Virus record (IMG/VR): IMGVR_UViG_3300030012_003600
Strand: one strand, 5' to 3'
DNA: 64,000 bases
DNA from: an uncultured virus (IMG/VR IMGVR_UViG_3300030012_003600)
Lineage: Duplodnaviria; Heunggongvirae; Uroviricota; Caudoviricetes
Shown: in pieces, positions 50,565 to 60,137 of the stretch
How the letters are laid out: every line of letters starts with the position of its first letter
Position numbering within the stretch: position 1 is the stretch's first letter
Notes under the pieces: generated by a model
Databases searched by the model: none
Seen by the model: the letters and a program-made list of their open reading frames with translations, nothing else
Told to the model about the DNA's origin: nothing
Translations under genes and position numbers: made by a program

Positions 50565-50782
50565 TGTCTGAAGATTGGATTTATGAAGATGATGATTTTG
50601 ATCCTGATGAAACTTATATAGAGTTGCAATTTGGTCCTGAAGATTTACATCTGATTTATAAATCTGTTAGTGTTCATTTGGATAAATGGTCTGGTGGTCA
50701 TCCATCTGAACAAGACAGGCTTCATTATCTTAAAAATTTTTTGTATAGAATAGTTCTTGAATATAAGTTCAATAATCAGTGA
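50564..50782 (+). CDS. hypothetical protein, 72 aa
   Basis: TAATG coupling to uvsY. Confidence 0.7.
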   Translation: MSEDWIYEDDDFDPDETYIELQFGPEDLHLIYKSVSVHLDKWSGGHPSEQDRLHYLKNFLYRIVLEYKFNNQ

Positions 50783-50799
50783 TAAATATTCATAGATGA

Positions 50800-52284
50800 A
50801 TGATCATCGTGAATACAACAGATCTTGTTATTTCTAAATCAAACGAGGTATTTTTAAAAATTAATACGGAACCTCATATTGAGTACGAACTTAGAGATCA
50901 CTTTAAGTTTGAGGTTCCTAATGCAAAGTTTATGCCACAATATCGTGGTAGAAATTGGAACGGAGAGATTCACCTATATGATATGAGATCTAAACAGATC
51001 TATGTTGGTTTATTAGATAAGGTTGTCAACTTTTGTGAGCAGTATGGATATAGTTATCAATTTGTAGATAATAAATTTTACGGCACTCCCTATGAGGAGA
51101 ATGAACATATATCTATGGAGGGTGTCAAGGACTACATGAATTCCATTTGTGGTCATACTCCCAGAAAATATCAAATTGAGGGAGTATACGGTGCCCTAAA
51201 GCATAATAGAAAACTATTGATATCTCCCACTGCTTCTGGCAAATCGTTGATGATCTATTCTCTTGTAAGATACTACGTTGACAAAGGAGAAAAAATCCTT
51301 CTAGTTGTTCCAACGACATCTCTTGTAGAACAGATGTATAAAGATTTTCTTGATTATGGTTGGGATGCTGATTCATATTGTCACCGTATTTATTCTGGTA
51401 GAGAAAAGAGTAATAATGCTCCAGTAACAATTACGACTTGGCAATCTGTATATAAACTAGAACGTTCTTTTTTTGAAGAGTATGGTGTAATTATAGGCGA
51501 TGAAGCACATTTATTCAAGTCTAAATCATTAATACAAATTATGACTAAATTACATCATGCAAAATATAGATTTGGTTTTACTGGAACATTAGACGGCACA
51601 CAGACTCATAAATGGGTGCTTGAAGGACTATTTGGTCCATCATATAAAGTAACAAAAACTGAAGAGTTGATGAGGCAGGGGCATTTATCACAACTTGATA
51701 TTCAATGTCTTATACTTAAACATCCTCAACGAAAGTTTGATACTTATGAAGATGAAATTCAATATCTAATTACACATGAACAAAGAAATAATTTTATTAA
51801 AAATCTAACATTAGATCTTAAAGGAAATACACTAGTTCTTTTTCAAAGAGTTGAAAGTCACGGACAAGTTCTTTATGAAAAGATAAATAATAATAAGGGT
51901 GATGATCGCAAAGTATTCTTTGTACATGGTGGTGTTGATGCTGAAGAACGAGAATTAGTAAGAGAAATAACAGAAAGAGAAAACAACGCAGTCATTGTTG
52001 CCTCTTATGGAACTTTTTCTACAGGTATCAATATTAAAAACCTCCATAATGTTATCTTTGCCTCTCCAAGTAAGTCCAGAGTCAGAAATCTTCAGAGTAT
52101 TGGACGAGTTCTTAGAAAAGGAAAAAACAAAGTAAAAGCAAATCTTTACGATATTGCAGATGATTGTTCAACAGAATCAAAAAGAAATTATACACTAAAT
52201 CATTTTATAGAAAGAATTAAAATTTATAACGAAGAACAATTTAATTATGAAATAATCACCATCAAACTAAGAGGAGAAATATGA
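50800..52284 (+). CDS. uvsW: RNA-DNA/DNA helicase UvsW
   Basis: SPTASGKS, GDEAH, TGT, QSIGRVLR SF2 motifs; GATAAATA late promoter at 50781; start may be GTG 50809. Confidence 0.96.
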   Translation: MIIVNTTDLVISKSNEVFLKINTEPHIEYELRDHFKFEVPNAKFMPQYRGRNWNGEIHLYDMRSKQIYVGLLDKVVNFCEQYGYSYQFVDNKFYGTPYEENEHISMEGVKDYMNSICGHTPRKYQIEGVYGALKHNRKLLISPTASGKSLMIYSLVRYYVDKGEKILLVVPTTSLVEQMYKDFLDYGWDADSYCHRIYSGREKSNNAPVTITTWQSVYKLERSFFEEYGVIIGDEAHLFKSKSLIQIMTKLHHAKYRFGFTGTLDGTQTHKWVLEGLFGPSYKVTKTEELMRQGHLSQLDIQCLILKHPQRKFDTYEDEIQYLITHEQRNNFIKNLTLDLKGNTLVLFQRVESHGQVLYEKINNNKGDDRKVFFVHGGVDAEERELVREITERENNAVIVASYGTFSTGINIKNLHNVIFASPSKSRVRNLQSIGRVLRKGKNKVKANLYDIADDCSTESKRNYTLNHFIERIKIYNEEQFNYEIITIKLRGEI

Positions 52285-52673
52285 TACAAGACGACTTCTA
52301 CGCAACAGTCAAATTAAAAACTGGAGAAGAACTCTTTGCTAAAGTAGCAGCCACTGATGAGGATGATAAAACTTTTCTTCTTATTACTAATCCAGTAATT
52401 GTTAATGAAATTAAGGGAAAGTTGGGTATTGTAGGATACAAGGTTGAACCTTGGTTAAAAACCACTACTGATGATATGTTTGTAGTAAATTTAGATGATA
52501 TTCTTACGTTGTCTGAATCTGCAGACATAGAAATGATTATGATGTATCAAGATTATGTTAGACAATCTGAAGATACGACTCCTAATCATCAAAAGATAGA
52601 TCGTAAAATGGGATATATTGCTAATGTTAATGACACTAAAGAATTGTTAGAAAAAATCTTTAAGAGTAAGTAA
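52281..52673 (+). CDS. conserved T4-like hypothetical protein (Sm-like KLxTGEE motif)
   Basis: YATVKLKTGEELFAKV; between uvsW and gp55. Confidence 0.75.
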   Translation: MIQDDFYATVKLKTGEELFAKVAATDEDDKTFLLITNPVIVNEIKGKLGIVGYKVEPWLKTTTDDMFVVNLDDILTLSESADIEMIMMYQDYVRQSEDTTPNHQKIDRKMGYIANVNDTKELLEKIFKSK

Positions 52674-52709
52674 GTTACTTATAGCTTTCCTATCAACCCT
52701 AACAGAGTT

Positions 52710-52738
52710 ATTCTACAGAGTATTTGATACCTTGTCAA
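52710..52738 (-). promoter_or_regulatory. leftward (antisense) sigma70 promoter
   Basis: Minus strand TTGACA (52738-52733), 17 nt, TAGAAT (52715-52710). Confidence 0.6.
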
Positions 52739-52760
52739 GTATTAGTATAGATGATATAAT
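52732..52760 (+). promoter_or_regulatory. sigma70 promoter for gp55
   Basis: TTGTCA 52732-52737, 17 nt, TATAAT 52755-52760. Confidence 0.7.
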
Positions 52761-52771
52761 CTATACATATT

Positions 52772-53329
52772 ATGAGACACGTTATGATACAACCAGGTAT
52801 GACCAAGAGAAAAAGGTCGGAGCATTACGTAAACAACAAAGAGTTTCTTGCTGCTCTGGTTGAATACAGAAGTAATGTAGAACTTGCCTACTTTAAAGAA
52901 TTTGGTAAAGATCTCTGCGAGCAAGAAAAATCAGAGAGAGCAAAGTCTTGGAAAACAAAACCTCCCATTCCACGTTATATTGGTGAGTGTTTTTTAAAAA
53001 TTGCAAATCACTTGTCCTTTAAACCCAACTTTGTGAACTACATGTTTAAGGAGGACATGATTTCGGATGGAATCGAAAATTGCGTTCAGTACATTCATAA
53101 TTTTAATCCTGAGAAATCCCAAAATCCTTTTGCTTACTTTACGCAGATCATTCATTATGCGTTTCTCCGCAGGATCCAGAGAGAGAAACGTCAACTAGAG
53201 ATTAAAAACAAGATTATTGAACGGTCTGGTTACAGTGAAGTGTTTGATGACAGCAACACCCTTGACGGACCCAATCATTCTGAGTATAATAGCATCAAAG
53301 ATGCTGTGCATTCCAAACTTCGTTATTGA
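52772..53329 (+). CDS. gp55: late-transcription sigma factor gp55
   Basis: HYVNNKEFLAAL, YIGECFLKIA, NPFAYFTQII.YAFLRRI; exact start uncertain. Confidence 0.96.
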   Translation: MRHVMIQPGMTKRKRSEHYVNNKEFLAALVEYRSNVELAYFKEFGKDLCEQEKSERAKSWKTKPPIPRYIGECFLKIANHLSFKPNFVNYMFKEDMISDGIENCVQYIHNFNPEKSQNPFAYFTQIIHYAFLRRIQREKRQLEIKNKIIERSGYSEVFDDSNTLDGPNHSEYNSIKDAVHSKLRY

Positions 53330-54369
53330 TGAAAGTAGCAATTATCACTGACCAGCACTTTGGGTGCAGAAAGAATTCAAAACTTTTTCATGATTATTTT
53401 CTGAAATTCTATAATGACATCTTCTTTCCATATTTGGAAGAGAATGGAATTACAGAAGTGATTGATATGGGTGATACCTTTGATAGTCGAAAGGGAATTG
53501 ATTTTTCTGCACTAGCATGGGCAAAAGATAATTACTATGATCGTTTAAAAAAATTAGGAATTAAAGTTCATACTATTGTTGGAAATCATACTGCATATTA
53601 CAAAAATACAAATGATGTAAATGCGGTTGATTTATTGCTTAGAGAGTATAATAACGTTGACATTTACTCAAGAGCTACAGAAGTAAATGTTGGTGGACTT
53701 GACATATTGTTTATTCCTTGGATTACCACAGATAATGAAAAAGAAACTTTTAAACTTATTAAAAAAACAGATTGCAAGTGCGCGATGGGGCACCTTGAAC
53801 TCCAAGGATTTAGTGTTAATAAACAAATCGTCATGGAGCATGGTCATGAAAGCAAGTTATTTGAGAAGTTCTCCCGTGTCTTCAGCGGGCACTACCATAC
53901 TAGATCGAATGATGGTAGAGTCTTCTATTTGGGAAACCCCTACGAAATGTTCTGGTCAGATGTCGGTGATCGGAGAGGATTCACCATCTTTGATACAAAA
54001 ACTCTTGAACATTTTTCGGTAGATAATCCTTATCGTTTATTTTATAATATCTACTACGAGGACAACAATTATCAAACATTTGACACTCGTGAGTATGAAA
54101 ATAAAATTGTTAAGGTAATTGTTCGTAAAAAAAGTAATTATAAAAAGTTTGAAAAATTTATTGATAAACTTTATTCTGCTAATATTGCAGACCTGAAGAT
54201 TGTTGAGAACTTTGTTGTTGAAGAGTCTGAAGATTTTGAGGCATTTGAATCTGAAGATACACTTTCTATCTTGAATAGATATATCCAGGAAGCAGAAATT
54301 AATCTTGATAAGTCAAAAATTCAAAACATTATGAGATCAACTTATCAAGAGGCATGTGAGTTAATCTAA
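53329..54369 (+). CDS. gp47: recombination endonuclease subunit gp47 (Mre11/SbcD-like)
   Basis: ITDQHFG, GDTFD, GNH, MGHLE, SGHYH. Confidence 0.96.
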   Translation: MKVAIITDQHFGCRKNSKLFHDYFLKFYNDIFFPYLEENGITEVIDMGDTFDSRKGIDFSALAWAKDNYYDRLKKLGIKVHTIVGNHTAYYKNTNDVNAVDLLLREYNNVDIYSRATEVNVGGLDILFIPWITTDNEKETFKLIKKTDCKCAMGHLELQGFSVNKQIVMEHGHESKLFEKFSRVFSGHYHTRSNDGRVFYLGNPYEMFWSDVGDRRGFTIFDTKTLEHFSVDNPYRLFYNIYYEDNNYQTFDTREYENKIVKVIVRKKSNYKKFEKFIDKLYSANIADLKIVENFVVEESEDFEAFESEDTLSILNRYIQEAEINLDKSKIQNIMRSTYQEACELI

Positions 54370-54370
54370 A

Positions 54371-54643
54371 ATGTATATCTTAACAGTTTATGGAAAAGAA
54401 ACCGAAGGTGCATATTCGGTAGAAAATAATGATGGAGAACAAATTTTATATTTGTTTGAAGTTGAAGATGATGCCACAAGATATGCTATGATGTTAGAGG
54501 ACGATGGTGGTCCAGAAATGCATGTCATAGAAGTAGAAGATGATATAATGTTAAAGACTTGTGAATTGCATGATTGCAAATACACAATTATTACAAAAAA
54601 CGACCTTGTTATTCCACCTGAAGTAAGTCATGATTTTATTTGA
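54371..54643 (+). CDS. conserved hypothetical protein between gp47 and gp46
   Basis: 90-aa acidic ORF overlapping gp46 start. Confidence 0.75.
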   Translation: MYILTVYGKETEGAYSVENNDGEQILYLFEVEDDATRYAMMLEDDGGPEMHVIEVEDDIMLKTCELHDCKYTIITKNDLVIPPEVSHDFI

Positions 54644-56342
54644 AAAGATTCGTTGGAAAAATTTTCTTTCTACGGGTAATCATGAAACTGAAATCAATTT
54701 TCAAAACTATTCTACAAATTTGATCATAGGCACTAATGGAGCTGGTAAGAGTACACTTTTGGATGCTCTTACATTTTCATTATTTGGTAAACCGTTTCGT
54801 AAAATTAATAAACCACAACTTCCTAACTCTATCAATGAAAAAGATTGTAGAGTAGAGGTTGAGTTTTCTGTTAATAATACAAGTTGGAAAATTGTTCGTG
54901 GTATCAAACCAAACGTGTTTGAGATTGAACGTGATGGAAACATTTTGAACCAAGATGCTGCAGCGCTGGATCAGCAAAAGTGGTTGGAACAGAATGTCCT
55001 TAAGATGAATTATAAGTCTTTTACTCAGATTGTTATTCTGGGAAGTAGCACCTTTGTTCCATTCATGCAACTGTCTGCAGCAAACCGCAGGGACGTGATT
55101 GAAGATCTGCTTGACATTCGTATTTTTTCTAGTATGAATTCTGTCATTAAAGAAAAAATTCGTCTTGTAAAGGAAGAACTTAAAGTTCTTGAACTTAAGA
55201 AAGAATCTTTGAGTGACAAGGTTCAGATGCAGCAGAATTTTATTGATGAAATTGAGAATCGTAGTAAAGAAAATATTCAAGAAAAAGAACAGGGAATTGA
55301 AAAAATTCTGATTGAAGAAAATAATTTGATGAATAAGAATGAAGAGTTGAACATGGAAGTTCAGGAACTTCAATTTAAACTTGAAAAGTATAGTGGTGCT
55401 TCAAAGAAACTTCGTGAACTTGGTAATCTCAAGGGTAAAATTTCTAACAAAGTGTCAACTATTACAAAGGAACATAAATTTTTTACAGAAAATACGGTAT
55501 GCCCTACTTGCACACAATCTATTGAAGAGGATTTTAGAATAAATAAAATTGAAGATGCTCAAAATAAAGCAAAGGAGTTGCAATCTGGTTATTTAAAACT
55601 GGAGGAGGCAATTAAAAACGAAGAAGATCGAGAGCATCAATTTTCTACTCTATCGAAGGAGATTACATCCCTAACGCATGGCATTTCTCAAAACAATATT
55701 AAGATCTCTGGATGTCAACGACAAATCAGAAATCTGGAATCGGAAATTCAAAGAGTTACCGATCAACTTGCAAACAGAAATACTGAGTATGAGAAGTTAG
55801 AAACCTTCAAAAACAACTTAAGAGAAACCTACGACGATCTCGCATCTAGACGGGACACTATTAACTATTACGATTTCTCGTATAGTCTCCTAAAAGACGG
55901 TGGAGTAAAAACTAAAATTATCAAGAAGTATCTTCCTTTGATCAATCAACAGGTCAATCGATATCTTCAACTGATGGATTTCTATATTAACTTTACTCTT
56001 GATGAAGAGTTTAACGAAACCGTCCAGTCCCCCATTCACGAAGACTTTTCTTATTCTTCTTTCAGCGAGGGAGAGAAAATGAGAATTGATCTAGCACTTT
56101 TGTTTACCTGGAGAGAGGTGGCAAGAATGAAGAACTCCGTTAATACAAATTTGCTAATTATGGATGAGGTGTTTGATAGTTCACTAGATGGAGTTGGCAC
56201 AGAAGATTTTTTAAAAATTATTCGATTTATAATTAAAGATGCAAATATCTTTGTCATATCGCATAAAGAGTCTCTTCATGATAAATTTGCAGACGTTATT
56301 AGATTTGAAAAACATAAAGGATTCTCACGTTTAGTTTCTTAA
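54630..56342 (+). CDS. gp46: recombination ATPase subunit gp46 (Rad50/SbcC-like)
   Basis: GTNGAGKS, CPTC zinc hook, FSEGEKMRIDLA, MDEVFDSSLD. Confidence 0.97.
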   Translation: MILFEKIRWKNFLSTGNHETEINFQNYSTNLIIGTNGAGKSTLLDALTFSLFGKPFRKINKPQLPNSINEKDCRVEVEFSVNNTSWKIVRGIKPNVFEIERDGNILNQDAAALDQQKWLEQNVLKMNYKSFTQIVILGSSTFVPFMQLSAANRRDVIEDLLDIRIFSSMNSVIKEKIRLVKEELKVLELKKESLSDKVQMQQNFIDEIENRSKENIQEKEQGIEKILIEENNLMNKNEELNMEVQELQFKLEKYSGASKKLRELGNLKGKISNKVSTITKEHKFFTENTVCPTCTQSIEEDFRINKIEDAQNKAKELQSGYLKLEEAIKNEEDREHQFSTLSKEITSLTHGISQNNIKISGCQRQIRNLESEIQRVTDQLANRNTEYEKLETFKNNLRETYDDLASRRDTINYYDFSYSLLKDGGVKTKIIKKYLPLINQQVNRYLQLMDFYINFTLDEEFNETVQSPIHEDFSYSSFSEGEKMRIDLALLFTWREVARMKNSVNTNLLIMDEVFDSSLDGVGTEDFLKIIRFIIKDANIFVISHKESLHDKFADVIRFEKHKGFSRLVS

Positions 56343-56486
56343 AGAAAAATTAATAATTTGTAAATTATTACTCAACTTCATTAAAAATTAGAAATGTTTC
56401 TATTTCCTGACTAGATAGTGTAGAATTGGAGAAACGAATGAATTAAAATTTTTTCGTTATTTTTTGTCCACAGCATGGAGAAGATC

Positions 56487-56669
56487 ATGCATAATCTTAT
56501 TTCTTATAATCAGTTGGCGGGTTGGAAGCAAAGCATCCATCGATTGACTAAGACACTAGACCATACCATGGAGGAGTCTGATTTACTTAACGACTATTAC
56601 GATTGCCTAATAGAATGCAGCGACGATCAAGCATCATGCAAAAGAATTTGCCGAAGCATTCTAGCCTGA
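56487..56669 (+). CDS. small Cys-rich protein (C-x3-C-x6-C-x3-C)
   Basis: GGAG upstream of ATG 56487; MHNLISYNQLAGW...DCLIECSDDQASCKRIC. Confidence 0.7.
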   Translation: MHNLISYNQLAGWKQSIHRLTKTLDHTMEESDLLNDYYDCLIECSDDQASCKRICRSILA

Positions 56670-56675
56670 CCACTT

Positions 56676-56735
56676 GTAGACAATAGGAGAACTGTCACTT
56701 AGTGCCCTCTGCTTCGGCAGGGGGTTTAGTATTAT
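56676..56735 (+). promoter_or_regulatory. inverted-repeat box, hairpin and -10 upstream of cobT-like gene
   Basis: GTAGACAATaggagaACTGTCAC; CCCTCTGC-ttcg-GCAGGGGG; TATTAT 56730-56735. Confidence 0.55.
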
Positions 56736-56756
56736 AAGAACAACTAAGACAAACGC

Positions 56757-58847
56757 ATGGCAGTTCAACAGGAAATTAAATCTCAACTTGCTAAACTCCT
56801 TGCCACCGAGGACTTAATTGTTGAGCACAAAAATTGTGAGACTGCATCATTTAATGTTCACACTCGTTTGCTTACACTTCCGATGTGGGATAAAGCAACC
56901 AATATTGTTTATGATTTGTTGGTAGGGCACGAAGTAGGTCATGCCTTGTTTACACCTGACGAAGATCCTCCAGCACACGTTCCTTTTCAGTTTGTCAACG
57001 TTGTAGAGGATGCTCGTATTGAAAAGATGATGAAACGCAAGTATCCTGGTCTTGCAAAAACATTTTTCAAAGGATATCAAGAACTAAATGAAGAGGACTT
57101 CTTTTCTATTTCTGATGGGGATGTTGCTAATTTTAATCTTGCTGACCGTGCAAATCTATACTTTAAGGTCGGTAATTTTGTAGACATTTCTTTTACTCAA
57201 GAAGAGGATATAATCATTCGTATGATTGAAGATTGTGAAACCTTTGAGGATGTTGTTCGTGTTGCTGAAATTCTTCACAATTATTGTAAGAAAAAGAAAG
57301 AAGATAAACCTGAAGTTCCAATGCCTTCTCAGTCAGATGAGGGACAAGTTTCACCTAATTCTGAATCTGAGCAACAGATTGAGGATACTGATGAGGAAGG
57401 AACTGAACCTCCTGATCAACAATCAATTAGCAATGATTCGTCACCAGATATATTAAGTGATGATATTGAGGTACAAACTGCTGATGCCCTAAGTGATAAT
57501 ATCAAGGATCTGATTCGTGATACTTTGTATGAGAACAATTATGTTGAGATTCCTAATCTAGATTTTAAATCGGTTGTTGTTGATAATATCGACATTCATG
57601 AGTACTGCAACACACATTTTTATCGTTATCATGAATTTCCTGAAACCTTTGATGAACCTGACAAGATGTTCGTTGAGTTCAAACGTTCTGCTCAAAAGGA
57701 GGTGAATTATCTTGTCAAAGAATTTGAATGTCGCAAATCTGCTGCTGCTTATTCTCGTTCTTCTGTGGCTCGTACTGGAGTCCTTGATTGCAGCAGACTC
57801 CATACCTACAAATACAACGAAGATCTTTTTAAGAAAGTCACCGTTCTTCCAGAAGGTAAGAACCATGGACTAATTTTTGTTCTTGATTGGTCCGGTTCTA
57901 TGTCATCAGTTATGACTGATACATGTAAGCAACTGTTTAATTTGATTTGGTTCTGTAAGAAAGTTTCTATTCCTTTTGAGGTATATGCTTTCTCTAATGA
58001 ATGGAATCAACATTACTATGATGAAAACGGTAATTCAATTGTTCCTCCTATAACACCTCATTACGTAAAGAAGGAGAATCTTCTTTCGGTTGATGATAGG
58101 TTCTCAATGCTTAACATTCTTACTAGTAAAACTTCTGGTAAAGAACTTGAAAAACAGATGAAAAATATCTGGAGACTTGCTCATGCATTCGGTCGAACAT
58201 ATCAAGCACGGTATTCTTGGCCAGAACGACTTTCTCTTTCAGGCACTCCTCTAAATGAGTCTCTTGTAGCACTTCATACTATCCTTCCTAAGTTTCAGAA
58301 AGAAAACAAACTACAGAAAGTTCAATGCATCATTTTGACTGATGGTGAGGCAAACCAATTGTCTTATCATACAGAAATCAAAACTGGTCGATTTGAACCT
58401 TATATTGGTAATCGACGTTGTGATTGTGAATCCACTATTCTTCGTGATCGTAAACTAGGAACTACCTATAAGTTTGGTTGGGGATATCATGAATTTACCA
58501 AGACTATGCTTCGTAATCTAAAAGATAAATTTCCTCAGGTAAACTTTATTGGCATCCGTGTTCTTGAAGGTCGTAATATTAACAATTTTATTAAATTATT
58601 TTATTCTTCTTACAATGAGGTTACTAAACTGCAGCAGGATTGGAAAAAGACTCGTAGTATTTGCATCAAAGAATCTGGATATGATGCATATTTTGCACTT
58701 TCCAGTAGTTCTCTGTCACAGGATTCCTCATTTGATGTTGATGATGGTGCTACTAAGGCAAAGATTAAATCTGCTTTTGTTAAGTCTTTGAAGGTCAAAA
58801 AACTAAATAAAAAAGTTCTTGGAGAGTTTATTTCACTAGTAGTATGA
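56757..58847 (+). CDS. cobT: CobT-like protein: N-terminal HExxH peptidase-like domain plus vWA domain
   Basis: GHEVGHA, NVVEDARIE, MIDAS LDWSGSM, LSGTPL, LTDGEA; adjacent to CobS-like ATPase. Confidence 0.8.
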   Translation: MAVQQEIKSQLAKLLATEDLIVEHKNCETASFNVHTRLLTLPMWDKATNIVYDLLVGHEVGHALFTPDEDPPAHVPFQFVNVVEDARIEKMMKRKYPGLAKTFFKGYQELNEEDFFSISDGDVANFNLADRANLYFKVGNFVDISFTQEEDIIIRMIEDCETFEDVVRVAEILHNYCKKKKEDKPEVPMPSQSDEGQVSPNSESEQQIEDTDEEGTEPPDQQSISNDSSPDILSDDIEVQTADALSDNIKDLIRDTLYENNYVEIPNLDFKSVVVDNIDIHEYCNTHFYRYHEFPETFDEPDKMFVEFKRSAQKEVNYLVKEFECRKSAAAYSRSSVARTGVLDCSRLHTYKYNEDLFKKVTVLPEGKNHGLIFVLDWSGSMSSVMTDTCKQLFNLIWFCKKVSIPFEVYAFSNEWNQHYYDENGNSIVPPITPHYVKKENLLSVDDRFSMLNILTSKTSGKELEKQMKNIWRLAHAFGRTYQARYSWPERLSLSGTPLNESLVALHTILPKFQKENKLQKVQCIILTDGEANQLSYHTEIKTGRFEPYIGNRRCDCESTILRDRKLGTTYKFGWGYHEFTKTMLRNLKDKFPQVNFIGIRVLEGRNINNFIKLFYSSYNEVTKLQQDWKKTRSICIKESGYDAYFALSSSSLSQDSSFDVDDGATKAKIKSAFVKSLKVKKLNKKVLGEFISLVV

Positions 58848-58993
58848 CAAATGAAAAAGATTGGAAAGAGATTGCTAAAGCATCTGAAAAAGATCCTAAA
58901 GTGATTGATATTTTAGAGAATGGTCCTAGATCTCTTACCCAGGCATGGTTATTGCAAGCAATGAGATATAAGTATGGACAGTCTGAGAACTGA
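58844..58993 (+). CDS. 49-aa hypothetical protein
   Basis: ATGA overlap; MTNEKDWKEIAKASEKDPKVIDILENGPRSLTQAWLLQAMRYKYGQSEN. Confidence 0.65.
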   Translation: MTNEKDWKEIAKASEKDPKVIDILENGPRSLTQAWLLQAMRYKYGQSEN

Positions 58994-59032
58994 TACAAGG
59001 AGGTCTACAAGACCTCCTTTCTGCTTTATAAT
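58975..59032 (+). promoter_or_regulatory. inverted-repeat box, hairpin and -10 upstream of cobS-like gene
   Basis: TGGACAGTctgagaACTGATAC; AAGGAGGTC-tacaa-GACCTCCTT; TATAAT 59027-59032. Confidence 0.6.
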
Positions 59033-59056
59033 TACTTTGTTGAAACGAACCACACA

Positions 59057-60130
59057 ATGTCCCGCATCAAAATGACCGACGATCAAATTATTCAAGATCT
59101 TCAAGATCAGTATGGTGCTAAGATTACCTCTGGTGAGGTTAAGGCATATTGTCAGATGAATGACTTGTCTTATCCTACTGTAACTCGTCGTCTTGAAAAC
59201 TTTAAGGTCGGTCGTGGTAAATGGGATCTTACTGTCAAAGAAAAACTTGAGCAGTCTTTTCAAGCACCTGCTGCTCTACCTGCTGTAGAACAAAACCTTA
59301 TTCCACAAAAAGATGATTCCTTCGTCCAGTTTGGCAATTTTGGTGACGTTAAAAAAATTATTAAATCCGGTCTCTTCTACCCTACGTTTATTACGGGTCT
59401 TTCGGGTAATGGTAAAACGTTTTCTATTGAACAAGCGTGTTCTCAACTCGGCCGAGAATTGATTCGTGTCAACATCACAGTTGAAACCGATGAAGATGAT
59501 CTTATTGGTGGTTTCCGTCTTGTTAATGGTGAGACCGTCTGGCACAATGGCCCAGTCATCGAAGCACTGCACCGAGGTGCCGTGTTGCTACTTGACGAAA
59601 TCGACCTTGCTAGTAACAAAATCCTTTGCCTTCAATCCATTCTTGAAGGTAAAGGAGTTTTTCTCAAAAAAATCGGAAAGTTCATTGCACCCGCAGACGG
59701 ATTTCAAGTATTTGCAACGGCAAACACTAAGGGTAAGGGATCCGAGGACGGACGATTTATTGGAACTAACGTGCTTAACGAGGCATTTTTAGAAAGATTT
59801 CCTGTAACTTTTGAGCAGGAGTATCCAGCTACTGCTATTGAGCAAAAAATACTTGGCAAGATTTGTGATGATGCTGACTTCTGTAAACGACTTGCTGATT
59901 GGGCAGACATTATTCGCAAAACGTTCTATGATGGTGGCATCGAGGAAATTATTAGCACTCGTCGTTTGGTTCATATTGTAAAGGCATACAGCATCTTTGG
60001 AGACAAGGCAAAAGCAATTCAAGTATGTGTAAACCGTTTCGATGATGAAACTAAGCAAGCATTCTTGGAACTGTATGACAAAGTTGATGTTGACTTCCAA
60101 ATGCCGATTGACGAACAAAAACTTTCTTGA
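59057..60130 (+). CDS. cobS: CobS-like MoxR-family AAA+ ATPase
   Basis: GLSGNGKT, ETDEDDLIGG, LLLDEIDL, ATANTKGKG, NEAFLERF, STRRLV. Confidence 0.92.
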   Translation: MSRIKMTDDQIIQDLQDQYGAKITSGEVKAYCQMNDLSYPTVTRRLENFKVGRGKWDLTVKEKLEQSFQAPAALPAVEQNLIPQKDDSFVQFGNFGDVKKIIKSGLFYPTFITGLSGNGKTFSIEQACSQLGRELIRVNITVETDEDDLIGGFRLVNGETVWHNGPVIEALHRGAVLLLDEIDLASNKILCLQSILEGKGVFLKKIGKFIAPADGFQVFATANTKGKGSEDGRFIGTNVLNEAFLERFPVTFEQEYPATAIEQKILGKICDDADFCKRLADWADIIRKTFYDGGIEEIISTRRLVHIVKAYSIFGDKAKAIQVCVNRFDDETKQAFLELYDKVDVDFQMPIDEQKLS

Positions 60131-60136
60131 TATAAT
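60108..60136 (+). promoter_or_regulatory. sigma70 promoter at end of cobS
   Basis: TTGACG 60108-60113, 17 nt, TATAAT 60131-60136. Confidence 0.65.
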
Positions 60137-60137
60137 T

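Noticed and set aside
54780..55373. 197-aa minus-strand ORF
   Set aside because: Phe/Leu-rich mirror of the Glu/Lys-rich gp46 coiled coil; no RBS or promoter
38721..56342. Introns or inteins in terL, gp20, uvsW or gp46
   Set aside because: All are uninterrupted, of expected length and without splicing motifs
56360..56371. Possible NtcA box
   Set aside because: GTA and TAC are separated by 6 nt rather than the required 8
56487..56669. Possible CP12
   Set aside because: Lacks AWD.VEEL and the C-x8-C C-terminal motif of CP12
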